From assembly GCA_965116475.1 (NCBI GenBank), contig OZ220691.1, forward strand, positions 160,001 to 224,000: 64,000 nt of DNA, read 5' to 3'. Source of the stretch: Gemmatimonadota bacterium (GTDB taxonomy: Bacteria; Gemmatimonadota; Gemmatimonadetes; Palauibacterales; Palauibacteraceae). The translations under genes and the position numbers were made by a program. Positions 28,527-37,906 of this stretch are shown here, one piece after another; position 1 is the stretch's first letter, and each line of letters starts with the position of its first letter. The notes beneath the pieces were generated by a model. The model saw nothing but the letters and a program-made list of their open reading frames with translations, had not been told where the DNA came from and did not search any database.

Positions 28527-30488
28527 ATGCGCACGCGATCCAACGTCTTCCGGCGCGCCGGACGGTGGCTTCTGCTGCCGGCGCTCGTCCTGCCCGCTTT
28601 TCTTCCCGGCGCCGCCCGTGCGCAGGACGGCCCCTCGCTCACCGTGGAGGGACCCGCCATCGTCCTCACCGACGTTCCCTTCTCCCTCACGCTCCACACG
28701 GAGGACGGGGAGAACGCCCGCTACCGCGTGAGGTCCGCCTCGGGGCGCGAACTCGCCGCCGGCGCCCTGCCCCTGCGGTCGGCAACCTCGGTCAGCGGGC
28801 TGCGCGCCGCGGCGGGGGATCTGCCGCTGTCCGTGGAGATGGAATCGGACCAGGGCCCGGCCAACGCCAGCGTGGATCCGCCGCGGTTCCCGGGGTGGAT
28901 CAGCCTGCTGCCGCCGCTCATCGCGATCGCCCTCGCCCTCATCTTCCGCCACGTCGTCGTGTCGCTCTTCTTCGGCATCTGGCTGGGAGGCTTCTTCATC
29001 GCCGGCCTCGACCCGCTGGCGGGGCTCGGGCGGACGGTGGACACGTTCATCGTCCCGTCGCTCGCCGATCCCGACAACGCGTCGATCCTCATGTTCTCGG
29101 CGCTGCTGAGCGCCATGGTGGGGGTGATCTCGCGCTCCGGGGGTACGCGCGGGATCGTCGAGGCCGTGCGACCGCTGGCCACCACGCCGCGCCGCGCGCA
29201 ACTCGCCACCTTCTTCGCGGGCGTCGGCATCTTCTTCGACGACTACGCGAACACGCTCATCGTCGGCAACACCTTCCGCCCCGTCACGGACAAGCTGAAG
29301 GTGTCGCGGGAGAAGCTGGCCTACCTCGTCGATTCGACGGCCGCCCCCGTCGTCACGATCGCCTTCGTCTCGACCTGGGTCGGCTTCGAGATCTCGCTGA
29401 TCCGCGACGGACTTCGCATCGCCGCCGAGCAGACCGCGGACCCCGCGCTGGCCGGGGCTCTCGCCTCGGCGAGCCCCTTCACCGTGTTCCTGAGCAGCAT
29501 CCCGTACCTCTTCTATCCCATCCTCGCCCTCTTCATGGTGGCGGCGGTCATCGTGTCGCAGCGGGACTTCGGCCCCATGCACGGCGCCGAGGTGCGGGCC
29601 CGGACGGGCGGCGGCGTCTTCCGGCCGGGTTCCCAGCTCATGGTAGACTCCGAGGAGACGGGACTCGACGCGCCGGAGGGCGTGCCCCTGCGCTGGTACA
29701 ATGCGGCGATCCCCGTGCTGACGGTGGTCGCGACCGTCCTGCTGGGGCTGTACTTCGACGGCCGCGCCGCCGTGGGGCGGGCCTCGCTGTGGGACACGTT
29801 CGGCGCGGCGGATCCGTTCAAGGCGATCCTGTGGGGGTCGCTCGCCGGCTGTCTGGTCGCGATCGGGCTGGCCACGACGCAGCGCATCCTGTCGCTGAGC
29901 CAGGCGCTCGACGGCTGGCTCGCCGGCATCCGCGCGATGACGATGGGGTTCGTGATCCTCACGCTGGCGTGGTCGCTCGGCGAGGTGACGAGTCAGCTCG
30001 CGACGGCGCAGTACCTGACCCAGATCCTCGAGGGCAACCTCGCGCCGGAGCTCGTCCCGGTCATCACCTTCGTGACGGCCGCGGTCGTCAGCTTCTGCAC
30101 AGGCACCTCATGGGCCACGATGACGATCCTGCTCCCGCTCGTGGTTCCGCTCATCGTCGCCCTCGGCGGCGCGGCCGGCTTCGAGGCGGGAGGCGGCGCC
30201 CTGCTCGTGAGTTCGATCAGTTCGGTCCTCGCCGGATCCATCTTCGGAGACCACTGCTCGCCCATCTCCGACACGACGGTGCTCAGTTCGATGGCGTCGG
30301 CGTGCGACCACATGGACCACGTGCGGACGCAGCTTCCCTACGCGCTCGTCGTGGCGGTGGCCGCGATGCTGTTCGGCCACGTGGGGACATCGTACGGACT
30401 GCCGCCCTGGATCGCCCACCTCCTCGGCATCGGCGTGGTCATCGTCGTGTTGCGCTTCGCGGGGAGGCCCGTTCCCGCGGGAACGTGA
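28527..30488 (+). CDS. Na+/H+ antiporter NhaC family membrane protein with N-terminal extracytoplasmic extension
   Basis: IFFDDYAN, SREKLAYLVDSTAAP, TGTSWATM, GDHCSPISDTT, HVRTQLPYA. Confidence 0.9.
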   Translation: MRTRSNVFRRAGRWLLLPALVLPAFLPGAARAQDGPSLTVEGPAIVLTDVPFSLTLHTEDGENARYRVRSASGRELAAGALPLRSATSVSGLRAAAGDLPLSVEMESDQGPANASVDPPRFPGWISLLPPLIAIALALIFRHVVVSLFFGIWLGGFFIAGLDPLAGLGRTVDTFIVPSLADPDNASILMFSALLSAMVGVISRSGGTRGIVEAVRPLATTPRRAQLATFFAGVGIFFDDYANTLIVGNTFRPVTDKLKVSREKLAYLVDSTAAPVVTIAFVSTWVGFEISLIRDGLRIAAEQTADPALAGALASASPFTVFLSSIPYLFYPILALFMVAAVIVSQRDFGPMHGAEVRARTGGGVFRPGSQLMVDSEETGLDAPEGVPLRWYNAAIPVLTVVATVLLGLYFDGRAAVGRASLWDTFGAADPFKAILWGSLAGCLVAIGLATTQRILSLSQALDGWLAGIRAMTMGFVILTLAWSLGEVTSQLATAQYLTQILEGNLAPELVPVITFVTAAVVSFCTGTSWATMTILLPLVVPLIVALGGAAGFEAGGGALLVSSISSVLAGSIFGDHCSPISDTTVLSSMASACDHMDHVRTQLPYALVVAVAAMLFGHVGTSYGLPPWIAHLLGIGVVIVVLRFAGRPVPAGT

Positions 30489-30515
30489 CCGCACGCAACC
30501 GCCGTGACACGGAAG

Positions 30516-30531
30516 TGATAATCGATTATCA
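30516..30531. promoter_or_regulatory. Perfect palindrome resembling a Fur-family operator
   Basis: TGATAATCGATTATCA (7-2-7), AT-rich in a GC-rich background, 70 nt upstream of the MerC-domain gene. Confidence 0.7.
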
Positions 30532-30601
30532 TCATGACCTCGGCGCTCACGCACCGAGTATCATGCACCGTGCCCTTCGCTTCCCTCGTTGACGCGAACC
30601 C

Positions 30602-31030
30602 ATGAAAAGCTCTCTCGCAACCGCCCCGTCGAGCGCGTACGTGGTCTCCGGATCGCGCGTCGCCGCGTGCGCCGCCGCCTGGTGCGGCGTGCACTGCGCG
30701 CTGACGCCGGTCCTCGTCGCGGTGGCGCCCGCGCTCGCGCTCTCCGAAGGGGTCGAGCGATCGGTTTGGGCCGGGACGGTGGTGCTTGGCGCGGTCATGC
30801 TCGCCCTCGGCCCGGCCCGCAGGAACGCGGCCGTGATCCTCGCCTTTGTGGGCGGGGCCGCGTTCTGGGCCGCCTCCCTCGCCGGTTGGCTCGAGCCAAT
30901 GCCCGAGACCGTGACGTCGACCGCCGGCAGCCTGGTCCTCGCGGGCGCGCTCCTGCAGGGGGCCCGGATCTGCCAGGCCGGCGCGTGCGCGGTTTGCGAA
31001 GACGACGATCCCGAGGATCCGCGAGGCTGA
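30602..31030 (+). CDS. MerC domain-containing membrane protein
   Basis: CAAAWCGVHCALTP motif in TM1, about four TM segments, Cys-rich tail CQAGACAVC. Confidence 0.75.
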   Translation: MKSSLATAPSSAYVVSGSRVAACAAAWCGVHCALTPVLVAVAPALALSEGVERSVWAGTVVLGAVMLALGPARRNAAVILAFVGGAAFWAASLAGWLEPMPETVTSTAGSLVLAGALLQGARICQAGACAVCEDDDPEDPRG

Positions 31031-31046
31031 ACCGGTTCGACAGCCG

Positions 31047-31514
31047 TTAGCGTCGGCGGCGGAAGAAGTCCCGCAGCAGACGCGCCGATTCCTCGGCGAG
31101 CACGCCGCTCACGAGTTCCACCCGATGGTTCAGCCGCGGGTCGCAGACCAGGTTCTCGATCGACCCGCACATCCCGGCCTTCGGGTCCGCAGCCCCGAAC
31201 ACGACGGTGCGGACGCGGGCGACGACCGCGGCGCCGGCGCACATCGCGCACGGTTCGAGCGTCGCGTACAGCGTGTGGCCCTCGAGGCGCCAGTCCCCCA
31301 GGCGGGCCGCGGCGGCGCGCAGCGCCAGAACTTCCGCGTGGGCCGTGGGGTCGGCGTCGGCGCGCGTGCGGTTGTGCGCTTCCGCGACGACCCCGCCGTG
31401 CCGGTCCGTGACGAGAGCGGCCACGGGCACCTCCCCGCGCTCCCCCCCGAGGGCCGCGAGTTCGAGCGCCCGCCGCATCGGCGCCTCGTGCTCGGCCGGC
31501 CACGGACCGTTCAC
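31047..31514 (-). CDS. tadA: tRNA adenosine(34) deaminase
   Basis: GEVPVAA, DPTAHAE, WRL, TLEPCAMCAGA, LNH. GTG overlaps the gltX stop. Confidence 0.93.
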   Translation of the reverse strand: MNGPWPAEHEAPMRRALELAALGGERGEVPVAALVTDRHGGVVAEAHNRTRADADPTAHAEVLALRAAAARLGDWRLEGHTLYATLEPCAMCAGAAVVARVRTVVFGAADPKAGMCGSIENLVCDPRLNHRVELVSGVLAEESARLLRDFFRRRR

Positions 31515-32986
31515 GCCGTGGCCACCCGGGCGTCGAGAAAACGGGCCGCCGCGTCGATCCGGGCCAAGCTCCGCTCCCGCCCCATTGCCTCGAGCACCTC
31601 GAAAATGCCGGGACTCACCGCCTGGCCCATGAGCGCTACGCGGAGGGGGTTGATGATGCGCCCCGCGCCGACCTCGAGTTCCGCCGCGAGGCCCCGCACC
31701 TCGGACTCCAGTGTCTCCACGTCGCGGAAGGCCGCCTCGGCGGCCAGACGCTCCGCCAGGCGCCGCAGGTGGAACGCCGTCTCCTCCGGCCGCTTCCAGA
31801 AACGCTTCACCGCATCTCCGTCGTAGCGCACGCGCGCGGCGAAGAAGGGGGAAACCTGCCGCGCGAGCGCCGGCAGCGTCCGGGGGCGCCCCTTCACGAG
31901 ATTGATGATGCGCGTCAAACGCTCGGGTGAGGTTGCGAGTCCGGGGTGGGCCCCGGCCGGATCGCGCCCCTCCTCGCGCGCCTCCCGGCCGAGAATCTCG
32001 ACGATGGCGCCGGCCAGGTCGGCGGCCGAAGCGGCGGCGATGTGGCGCCCGTTCAGCCAGCCGAGCTTCTCCAGGTCGAACACCGCGCTCTTCTTCAGCA
32101 CCCGACCAAGGGAAAACGCGTCGATCAGGCCTGCGGCATCGAACACCTCCCGGTCGTCTCCCGGCGACCAGCCGAGGAGCGCGAGGAAGTTCACCATCCC
32201 CGCGGGCAGATAGCCGGCGTCGCGATAGGCGAGGACGGACAGCGCGCCGTGGCGCTTCGAGAGCCGCTTGCCGTCCGGCCCGAGGATCAGCGGCACGTGC
32301 CCGAAGGCGGGGAGCGGCCGGCCCAGGGCCCGGTAGAGGAGAATCTGCTTCGGCGTGTTCGAGAGGTGGTCGTCCCCGCGGATCACGTGGGTGATCCCGG
32401 CCTCCGCATCGTCGGAGACGACGGCGAGATTGTAGACGGGCGTCCCGTCGGAGCGAAGGACGATGAAGTCGTCGATCGATCCGGCGGGGAAAGACATCGG
32501 CCCGTGGATCTTGTCCTCCCATTCGATCGCCTCCTCCGGCGCCCGGACGCGGAGCGCGAACGGCTCCCCGGCATCGGCCCGTTGGCTTGACGCTGCGGGA
32601 TCCAGTCGCCCGCAGCGGCCGTCGTAGCCGTATCCCGACCCGGCCCGCTTCGCCTCCTCGCGCCGCGCCGCGAGTTCCCCGGCGCTGCAGAAGCACCGGT
32701 AGGCGGCGCCCTGGCCGAGCAGGTCGATGGCATCGCGCCGGTGGCGCTCGATGCCGTCCGCCTGGAACACCGGCCCCTCATCCACGTCCAGCCCCAGCCA
32801 CGCAAGTCCATCCAGGATGGCCCGCGTGTGCTCGGGTCGGGAACGCGCCCGGTCGGTGTCCTCCACGCGCAGGAGAAAGGTCCCGCCCGTGCGGCGGGCA
32901 TACAGCCAGTTGAACAGCGCCGTGCGCGCGCCGCCCACGTGCAGGAAACCGGTGGGGCTGGGGGCGAACCGCACTCGTACCGTCAA
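31511..32986 (-). CDS. gltX: Glutamate--tRNA ligase
   Basis: TTG start after GAGGAG; RFAPSPTGFLHVGG, RVEDTD, THVIRGDDHLSNT, RLSKR. Confidence 0.97.
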   Translation of the reverse strand: MTVRVRFAPSPTGFLHVGGARTALFNWLYARRTGGTFLLRVEDTDRARSRPEHTRAILDGLAWLGLDVDEGPVFQADGIERHRRDAIDLLGQGAAYRCFCSAGELAARREEAKRAGSGYGYDGRCGRLDPAASSQRADAGEPFALRVRAPEEAIEWEDKIHGPMSFPAGSIDDFIVLRSDGTPVYNLAVVSDDAEAGITHVIRGDDHLSNTPKQILLYRALGRPLPAFGHVPLILGPDGKRLSKRHGALSVLAYRDAGYLPAGMVNFLALLGWSPGDDREVFDAAGLIDAFSLGRVLKKSAVFDLEKLGWLNGRHIAAASAADLAGAIVEILGREAREEGRDPAGAHPGLATSPERLTRIINLVKGRPRTLPALARQVSPFFAARVRYDGDAVKRFWKRPEETAFHLRRLAERLAAEAAFRDVETLESEVRGLAAELEVGAGRIINPLRVALMGQAVSPGIFEVLEAMGRERSLARIDAAARFLDARVATA

Positions 32987-33097
32987 TCTGCGCTCCTCTT
33001 CGTCGGGGAAACCGCCGAACTCCGCGCGCCCGCGCCCCCGCGCGCCGAAGCACCTGGATCGTTCCATCTTGGATGGACGACCGATAGGATGCCACGC

Positions 33098-34387
33098 ATG
33101 CGTCCTGGATCCGCCTTCGTCCTCCCCGGCCTCCGCAGTCCGTTTGCGAAGATCGACCGCGAACTCTCCCGCTTCGACGGTCTGGCGCTCTCCGCCCCGG
33201 TGATCCAGCAGACGGTGGCGGGGGACGGGGGCCCGGGCCGAGACGAGGCGGGCCGGATCGATCTCTTCCTGTGGGGCGCGGTCATCCCCTCGCTCACGGT
33301 GAGCAACTGGGGCCGGGAAGTCTGGTTCGACGCGGGCCTCGACGCGAGCGTCCCGGCACAGGGCATCGTTCAGGCGTGCGCCACGTCGATCGCCGCCGCA
33401 ACTCTCGGCGCGGGTCAGGTGGCCGCGGGACGGGCGGACCTCGTGCTCTGCGGCGGCGTGGAGTCGATGAGCCACGCGCAGATCGGACTCTCGCCGGGAC
33501 TCAGCCGCACGATCCGGCGCGCGGGGAGCGCGGGCAGCCCGCCGCGCATGGTGCGGACGCTGGCGGGGATTCGCCCCCGCGACCTCCGGATCTCTGCACC
33601 GGCCGTCAAGGAGCGGACGACGGGGAAGACCATGGGCCGGCACGCCGAGGAGATGGCGGGCGAGTGGGACATCTCGCGCCAGGCCCAGGACCGTTTTGCG
33701 CTCGCGAGTCACGAGGGCGCCGCCCGGGACGAAGGAGCGTTCTTCCGGCGGCTGCTCGTCACGCCCGGCACCTTCCCCATCGACCGCGACACTCTCCCGC
33801 GCCCGGGAACGTCGCTGGAGAAGCTCGCCGGACTCCGCCCCGCCTTCTCCCGCTCCGGGGGGACGCTCACGGCGGGCAACTCGACCCCGCTCACGGACGG
33901 GGCCGCCGCGTGCTGGGTCGCGTCCGAGGCCGGGCTCTCCCTGCTCCCCGACTCCATCCCCCGCGCGCGCCTGCTCGACTGGCGGCAGGCCGCGATCGAT
34001 CCGGACCGGGAGGGGCTCCTCATCGCCCCGGCCCTCGCGATCGCCGATCTGCTCCACCGCCACGGACTGACGCTCGAGGACATCGGGCTGTGGGAGTTCC
34101 ACGAGGCGTTCGCGGCGCAGGTCCTGTGCACGGTTGCCGCCCTCGAGGACTCCGAGTGGCTTGCCGCGCGCTCCTCCGTGAAGGACGGTCTCGGCGCCTT
34201 CCCGCGCGACCGGGTCAACCCCAACGGCGGCAGCGTCGCGCTCGGGCACCCCTTCGGCGCCACCGGAGCCCGCATCCTCTCCCAGACGGTGCTCGAACTC
34301 GCCGACCACCCGGCCGGGACGCGCGCGATCGTCAGCGTGTGCGCCGCAGGCGGCCTCGGCCATGTGGCGCTCCTGGAGGCCGTCTAG
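33098..34387 (+). CDS. Acetyl-CoA C-acyltransferase (FadI/TFE-beta-like thiolase)
   Basis: QACATS, TAGNSTPLTDGAA, HEAFAAQ, GHPFGATG, CAAGG. Confidence 0.92.
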   Translation: MRPGSAFVLPGLRSPFAKIDRELSRFDGLALSAPVIQQTVAGDGGPGRDEAGRIDLFLWGAVIPSLTVSNWGREVWFDAGLDASVPAQGIVQACATSIAAATLGAGQVAAGRADLVLCGGVESMSHAQIGLSPGLSRTIRRAGSAGSPPRMVRTLAGIRPRDLRISAPAVKERTTGKTMGRHAEEMAGEWDISRQAQDRFALASHEGAARDEGAFFRRLLVTPGTFPIDRDTLPRPGTSLEKLAGLRPAFSRSGGTLTAGNSTPLTDGAAACWVASEAGLSLLPDSIPRARLLDWRQAAIDPDREGLLIAPALAIADLLHRHGLTLEDIGLWEFHEAFAAQVLCTVAALEDSEWLAARSSVKDGLGAFPRDRVNPNGGSVALGHPFGATGARILSQTVLELADHPAGTRAIVSVCAAGGLGHVALLEAV

Positions 34388-34394
34388 CGCTGCA

Positions 34395-35447
34395 CTAGCG
34401 GCGGAGTTCGAAGGTCAGGCCCAGGAGCGCGGTGAAAAGGACGAGCGCGTTCGCCTGGTGGAGCGCCGCCAGGGAGATGGGGACGAAGAGCAGCAGCGTC
34501 GCGACCCCCAGCGCCGCCTGCACCCACACCGTCGCGAAGCCCGCGTGCGCCCACGTTCTCGCCGCCCCCCGGGCGCGCCGCGCGCAGATCCACCAGAGCG
34601 CCGTGACGCCCGCGAGCAGGAGCATGGCGAGGATACGGTGGTTGAACTGCGCCGTCGTCCGGTCCTCGAAGGGGCTCAGCCACCAGGGGGTCGCCCCGAA
34701 GAGGTCGGGCGGGATCCAGCCGGCCCCCATCCTCGGGAACGTGTTGTAGACGAGCCCAGCGTCCAGGCCCGCCACGAAGCCGCCCGAGAGCAGGGTGAGC
34801 GCGGCGAGGCCGAGCACGAGGGCGGACCCCCGTCGAAGGCCGGTCCCCCGCTCGAACCCCGGGCCGCCGTTCCCCGCCCCGGGGCGCAGCAGCGAGAGCG
34901 CGGTCCAGAGCGTGAGGGCGTAGACGAGCACGGCGAGCGCGAGGTGCGCGGTCAGCCGGTAGGGGCTCACGCGGGGGATGTCGACGAGTCCGCTCCGCAC
35001 CATCCACCAGCCGAGCAGTCCCTGTGCACCGCCCAGCGCGAACAGAATCAGGAGGCGGGGGATGAGGGCTCGGGGAATCATCCGCCGCAGAAGGAAGACC
35101 GCGAAGGGGATGATGAAGACGAGGCCGATCACGCGGCCCAGGAGCCGGTGCGCATACTCGAACCAGAAGATGCGCTTGAACTCGGCCAGCGACATGCCGC
35201 GGTTCACGAGCCGATACTCCGGCGAGTCGCGATAGGCGCCGAACTCGCGCTCCCAGGCCTCGGCGCTCATCGGAGGCACGACGCCGCTCACCGGCTCCCA
35301 ATCGACCATCGAGAGGCCCGACCCGGTCAGGCGGGTTACGCCTCCCACGACGAGCGTCGCCGCGACGAGCGCGCAGCCGACCAGGAGCCAGGCCGCGATG
35401 ATCCGCGCGTGGCGCCGCGATCCGCTCTGAAGAGGAGGCGATGGCAT
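34395..35447 (-). CDS. ctaA: Heme A synthase COX15/CtaA
   Basis: GGVTRLTGSGLSM, EFKRIFWFEYAHR, GWWMVRSGL, RVSPYRLTAH, QFNHR, LHQ. Confidence 0.94.
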   Translation of the reverse strand: MPSPPLQSGSRRHARIIAAWLLVGCALVAATLVVGGVTRLTGSGLSMVDWEPVSGVVPPMSAEAWEREFGAYRDSPEYRLVNRGMSLAEFKRIFWFEYAHRLLGRVIGLVFIIPFAVFLLRRMIPRALIPRLLILFALGGAQGLLGWWMVRSGLVDIPRVSPYRLTAHLALAVLVYALTLWTALSLLRPGAGNGGPGFERGTGLRRGSALVLGLAALTLLSGGFVAGLDAGLVYNTFPRMGAGWIPPDLFGATPWWLSPFEDRTTAQFNHRILAMLLLAGVTALWWICARRARGAARTWAHAGFATVWVQAALGVATLLLFVPISLAALHQANALVLFTALLGLTFELRR

Positions 35448-35559
35448 GAGGCGTTCCGGGGTGCGTTTGCGCCGGTTTCGCGATCCGTGCGAACTTCGGT
35501 CCCTCCCGGAGTCACCGGGGCGCGGAAGATAGACGGGGACGGTGGAGAGGCCAAGCGCG

Positions 35560-37314
35560 ATGTCGGACTCCGGAGAACGCATTTCGATGTTCGCCCTCCA
35601 GCGGCTGGCCCCGAGGCTGCGGGCCCACCGCCCGGCGCTCGTCGGGGCGGGGATCTGCCTCCTTCTCAGCACCGCGATCGGGCTCGCCTTCCCCCTCGTC
35701 GTCCGCTACCTGATGGACGCGGCGTTCGGCGAGGGCGACCCCGCCCTCCTGGGGACGATCGCCCTCGGACTGCTGGGACTGTTCGCGCTCCAGGGCGTGT
35801 TCAACTTCGGCGAGACGTACTGGCTGGGGGCGACGGGCGAGCGGGTCGTGACGCAGTTGCGCGACGAACTCTTCTCGAAACTGGTCGGGCTCTCCCCCGG
35901 CTTCCACGCGGGACGCGCCAGCGGCGAACTCACCTCGCGGCTGGCCTCCGACTGCTCGACGCTCCAGCAGATCATGGGGCACCAGATCGCGGAACTCGTG
36001 CGGCAGGTGCTCTTCCTCGCCGGCGCGGTGATCCTCCTCACGCTCCTGCACTGGCAGTTGATGCTGACGACGCTGGCCGTGGCCCCGGTCGTCGTCCTCG
36101 CGGGCTTCGCTCTCGGCCGCCTCCTGCGGCGGCGGAGCACGGAGGTGCAGGACCGGCTCGCCGCCGCCCACGCCGTCGCGGACGAAGCCTTCGGCCAGAT
36201 CGAAGTCGTGCAGGGGTTCGTCCGGGAGGAGTGGGAGGCGGCCCGCTACCGGGCGGGGATCGCCGCGGCGCTCGATGCGGCGCTCTCGCGGGCGGTGGCG
36301 CGGGCGATCCTCTTCGGGGTGCTCACGGTGGTCGCCTTCGGCGGCATCGTGGCGGTCCTGTGGCAGGGCGGGCGGCTCGTGCTCGCGGGCCAGATCACGG
36401 CCGGCCAACTGGTGTCGTTCCTCCTCTACGCCTTCTCCGTCGCGGCGGCGATCATGGCGCTCGCTTCGCTGTGGGGCAGCTACCAGGAGGCACAGGGCGC
36501 CGCCCGCCGGGTGTTCGACCTCCTCGACCGCGACAGCGAGATCACGGATCCCGAGACGCCGCGAGCGCTCGGGGGAGAAGGACCGCCGGAGATCGCCTTC
36601 GAGGACGTCTCGTTTCGCTACGGCGAGGACGAACCTTGGGCCCTGGAGGGGATCGGGGCGACGATCGCCCCCGGCGAGGTGGTCGCCCTCGTGGGGCCCA
36701 GCGGCGCAGGGAAAACGACTTTCGCGTCCCTCATCCCCCGCTTCTGGGATACGACCGAGGGGCGCGTGCGCGTGCGCGGAACCGACGTGCGGGCCTGCGG
36801 ACTTGCGGACCTGAGGTCGCGGATCGGCATCGTGCCGCAGGACCACCCGCTGTTCGCCGGCACGGTCGGGGAGAACATCGCCTACGGGCGGCCGGACGCG
36901 GACCGTTCGGCAATCGAGGCGGCGGCGGAAGCGGCGCACGCGCGCGAGTTCATCGAGCGCCTTCCCGACGGTTACGACACGCGGGTCGGCGAGCGCGGGG
37001 TCCGGCTCTCCGGCGGGCAGCGGCAGCGGATCGCGATCGCCCGCGTGCTCCTCAAGGAACCCGAGATCCTCATCCTGGACGAGGCCACGAGCGGCCTGGA
37101 CGCCGAAAGCGAGGCACTGGTCGAGGAGGCGCTACAGGTCGCCTCCGCGGGGCGGACGACCGTCATCATCGCCCACCGCCTGCGCACGGTGCGGCGCGCC
37201 CACCGCCTCTTCGTCCTGGATCGGGGACGCCTGGTGGACAGCGGCCCGCACGACGCGCTCATCGGCCGCTGCGAACTCTACGCCCGCCTCTACGAGGGCC
37301 AGCAGCTCGCCTGA
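35560..37314 (+). CDS. ABC exporter, fused TMD-NBD (MsbA-like)
   Basis: Six-TM N-terminus, GPSGAGKT, LSGGQRQR, ILDEAT. Confidence 0.93.
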   Translation: MSDSGERISMFALQRLAPRLRAHRPALVGAGICLLLSTAIGLAFPLVVRYLMDAAFGEGDPALLGTIALGLLGLFALQGVFNFGETYWLGATGERVVTQLRDELFSKLVGLSPGFHAGRASGELTSRLASDCSTLQQIMGHQIAELVRQVLFLAGAVILLTLLHWQLMLTTLAVAPVVVLAGFALGRLLRRRSTEVQDRLAAAHAVADEAFGQIEVVQGFVREEWEAARYRAGIAAALDAALSRAVARAILFGVLTVVAFGGIVAVLWQGGRLVLAGQITAGQLVSFLLYAFSVAAAIMALASLWGSYQEAQGAARRVFDLLDRDSEITDPETPRALGGEGPPEIAFEDVSFRYGEDEPWALEGIGATIAPGEVVALVGPSGAGKTTFASLIPRFWDTTEGRVRVRGTDVRACGLADLRSRIGIVPQDHPLFAGTVGENIAYGRPDADRSAIEAAAEAAHAREFIERLPDGYDTRVGERGVRLSGGQRQRIAIARVLLKEPEILILDEATSGLDAESEALVEEALQVASAGRTTVIIAHRLRTVRRAHRLFVLDRGRLVDSGPHDALIGRCELYARLYEGQQLA

Positions 37315-37342
37315 GCCCGGTTCGCCGCCGACGCCGGGACCG

Positions 37343-37906
37343 TCAGTGGAGGAGGGCTTCGATCTCCGCCGTCAGGGAGGCGGCGGTCTGGGGGCCGAGG
37401 AGTTCCTTCCGGATCCATCCCTCCGCATCCACCATCACGGTGGTCGGGAAGCCCACGGCGCCGAAGGTGGCGACGGCGTCATCCATGCCCATCATCCAGT
37501 TGGGGTACTCGACGCCGAACTCCTCGAGGAAGTCGCGGATCTCATCGACATCGCCGGAATCGACGGCAAGTCCCAGGATGACGACGGGCCGGTCATCGTA
37601 AATGCGGGCCAACTCCACGAGTTCCGGCAACTCGTCGCGGCACGGAAGACACCACGTGCCCCACAGGTTCGCGACGACCACGTTGCCCCGCAGGTCGCTG
37701 AGGCGCGCCTCGCCGCCCTCCAGGGTGCGGAAGACGTCGTCGGGCGCCGGTTTCGCGCCCGAGGGCACCGCGTCCGCAAAGGTCGCTTCGCGATCCGCCG
37801 CTCCCCCGCCCGCGGCGGAGGCATCGTCGCCCGGGGCGCACCCGAGCCCGATCAGCGCCACGAGGGCGACCGCACTCCACGCGCCCGTCATCCGGTCAGC
37901 TCGCAT
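37343..37906 (-). CDS. TlpA family disulfide reductase lipoprotein
   Basis: Lipobox-like GLGC, WGTWCLPC, GFPTT. Confidence 0.9.
   Translation of the reverse strand: MRADRMTGAWSAVALVALIGLGCAPGDDASAAGGGAADREATFADAVPSGAKPAPDDVFRTLEGGEARLSDLRGNVVVANLWGTWCLPCRDELPELVELARIYDDRPVVILGLAVDSGDVDEIRDFLEEFGVEYPNWMMGMDDAVATFGAVGFPTTVMVDAEGWIRKELLGPQTAASLTAEIEALLH

Noticed and set aside
30602-31030. Mercury-resistance operon
   Set aside because: Only a MerC-like domain is present; no merR, merA, merT or merP nearby.
34362-37601. 1079-aa ORF and other long antisense ORFs (13273-16092, 58612-61737)
   Set aside because: They overlap well-supported genes in other frames and have no motifs; they result from GC3 bias.
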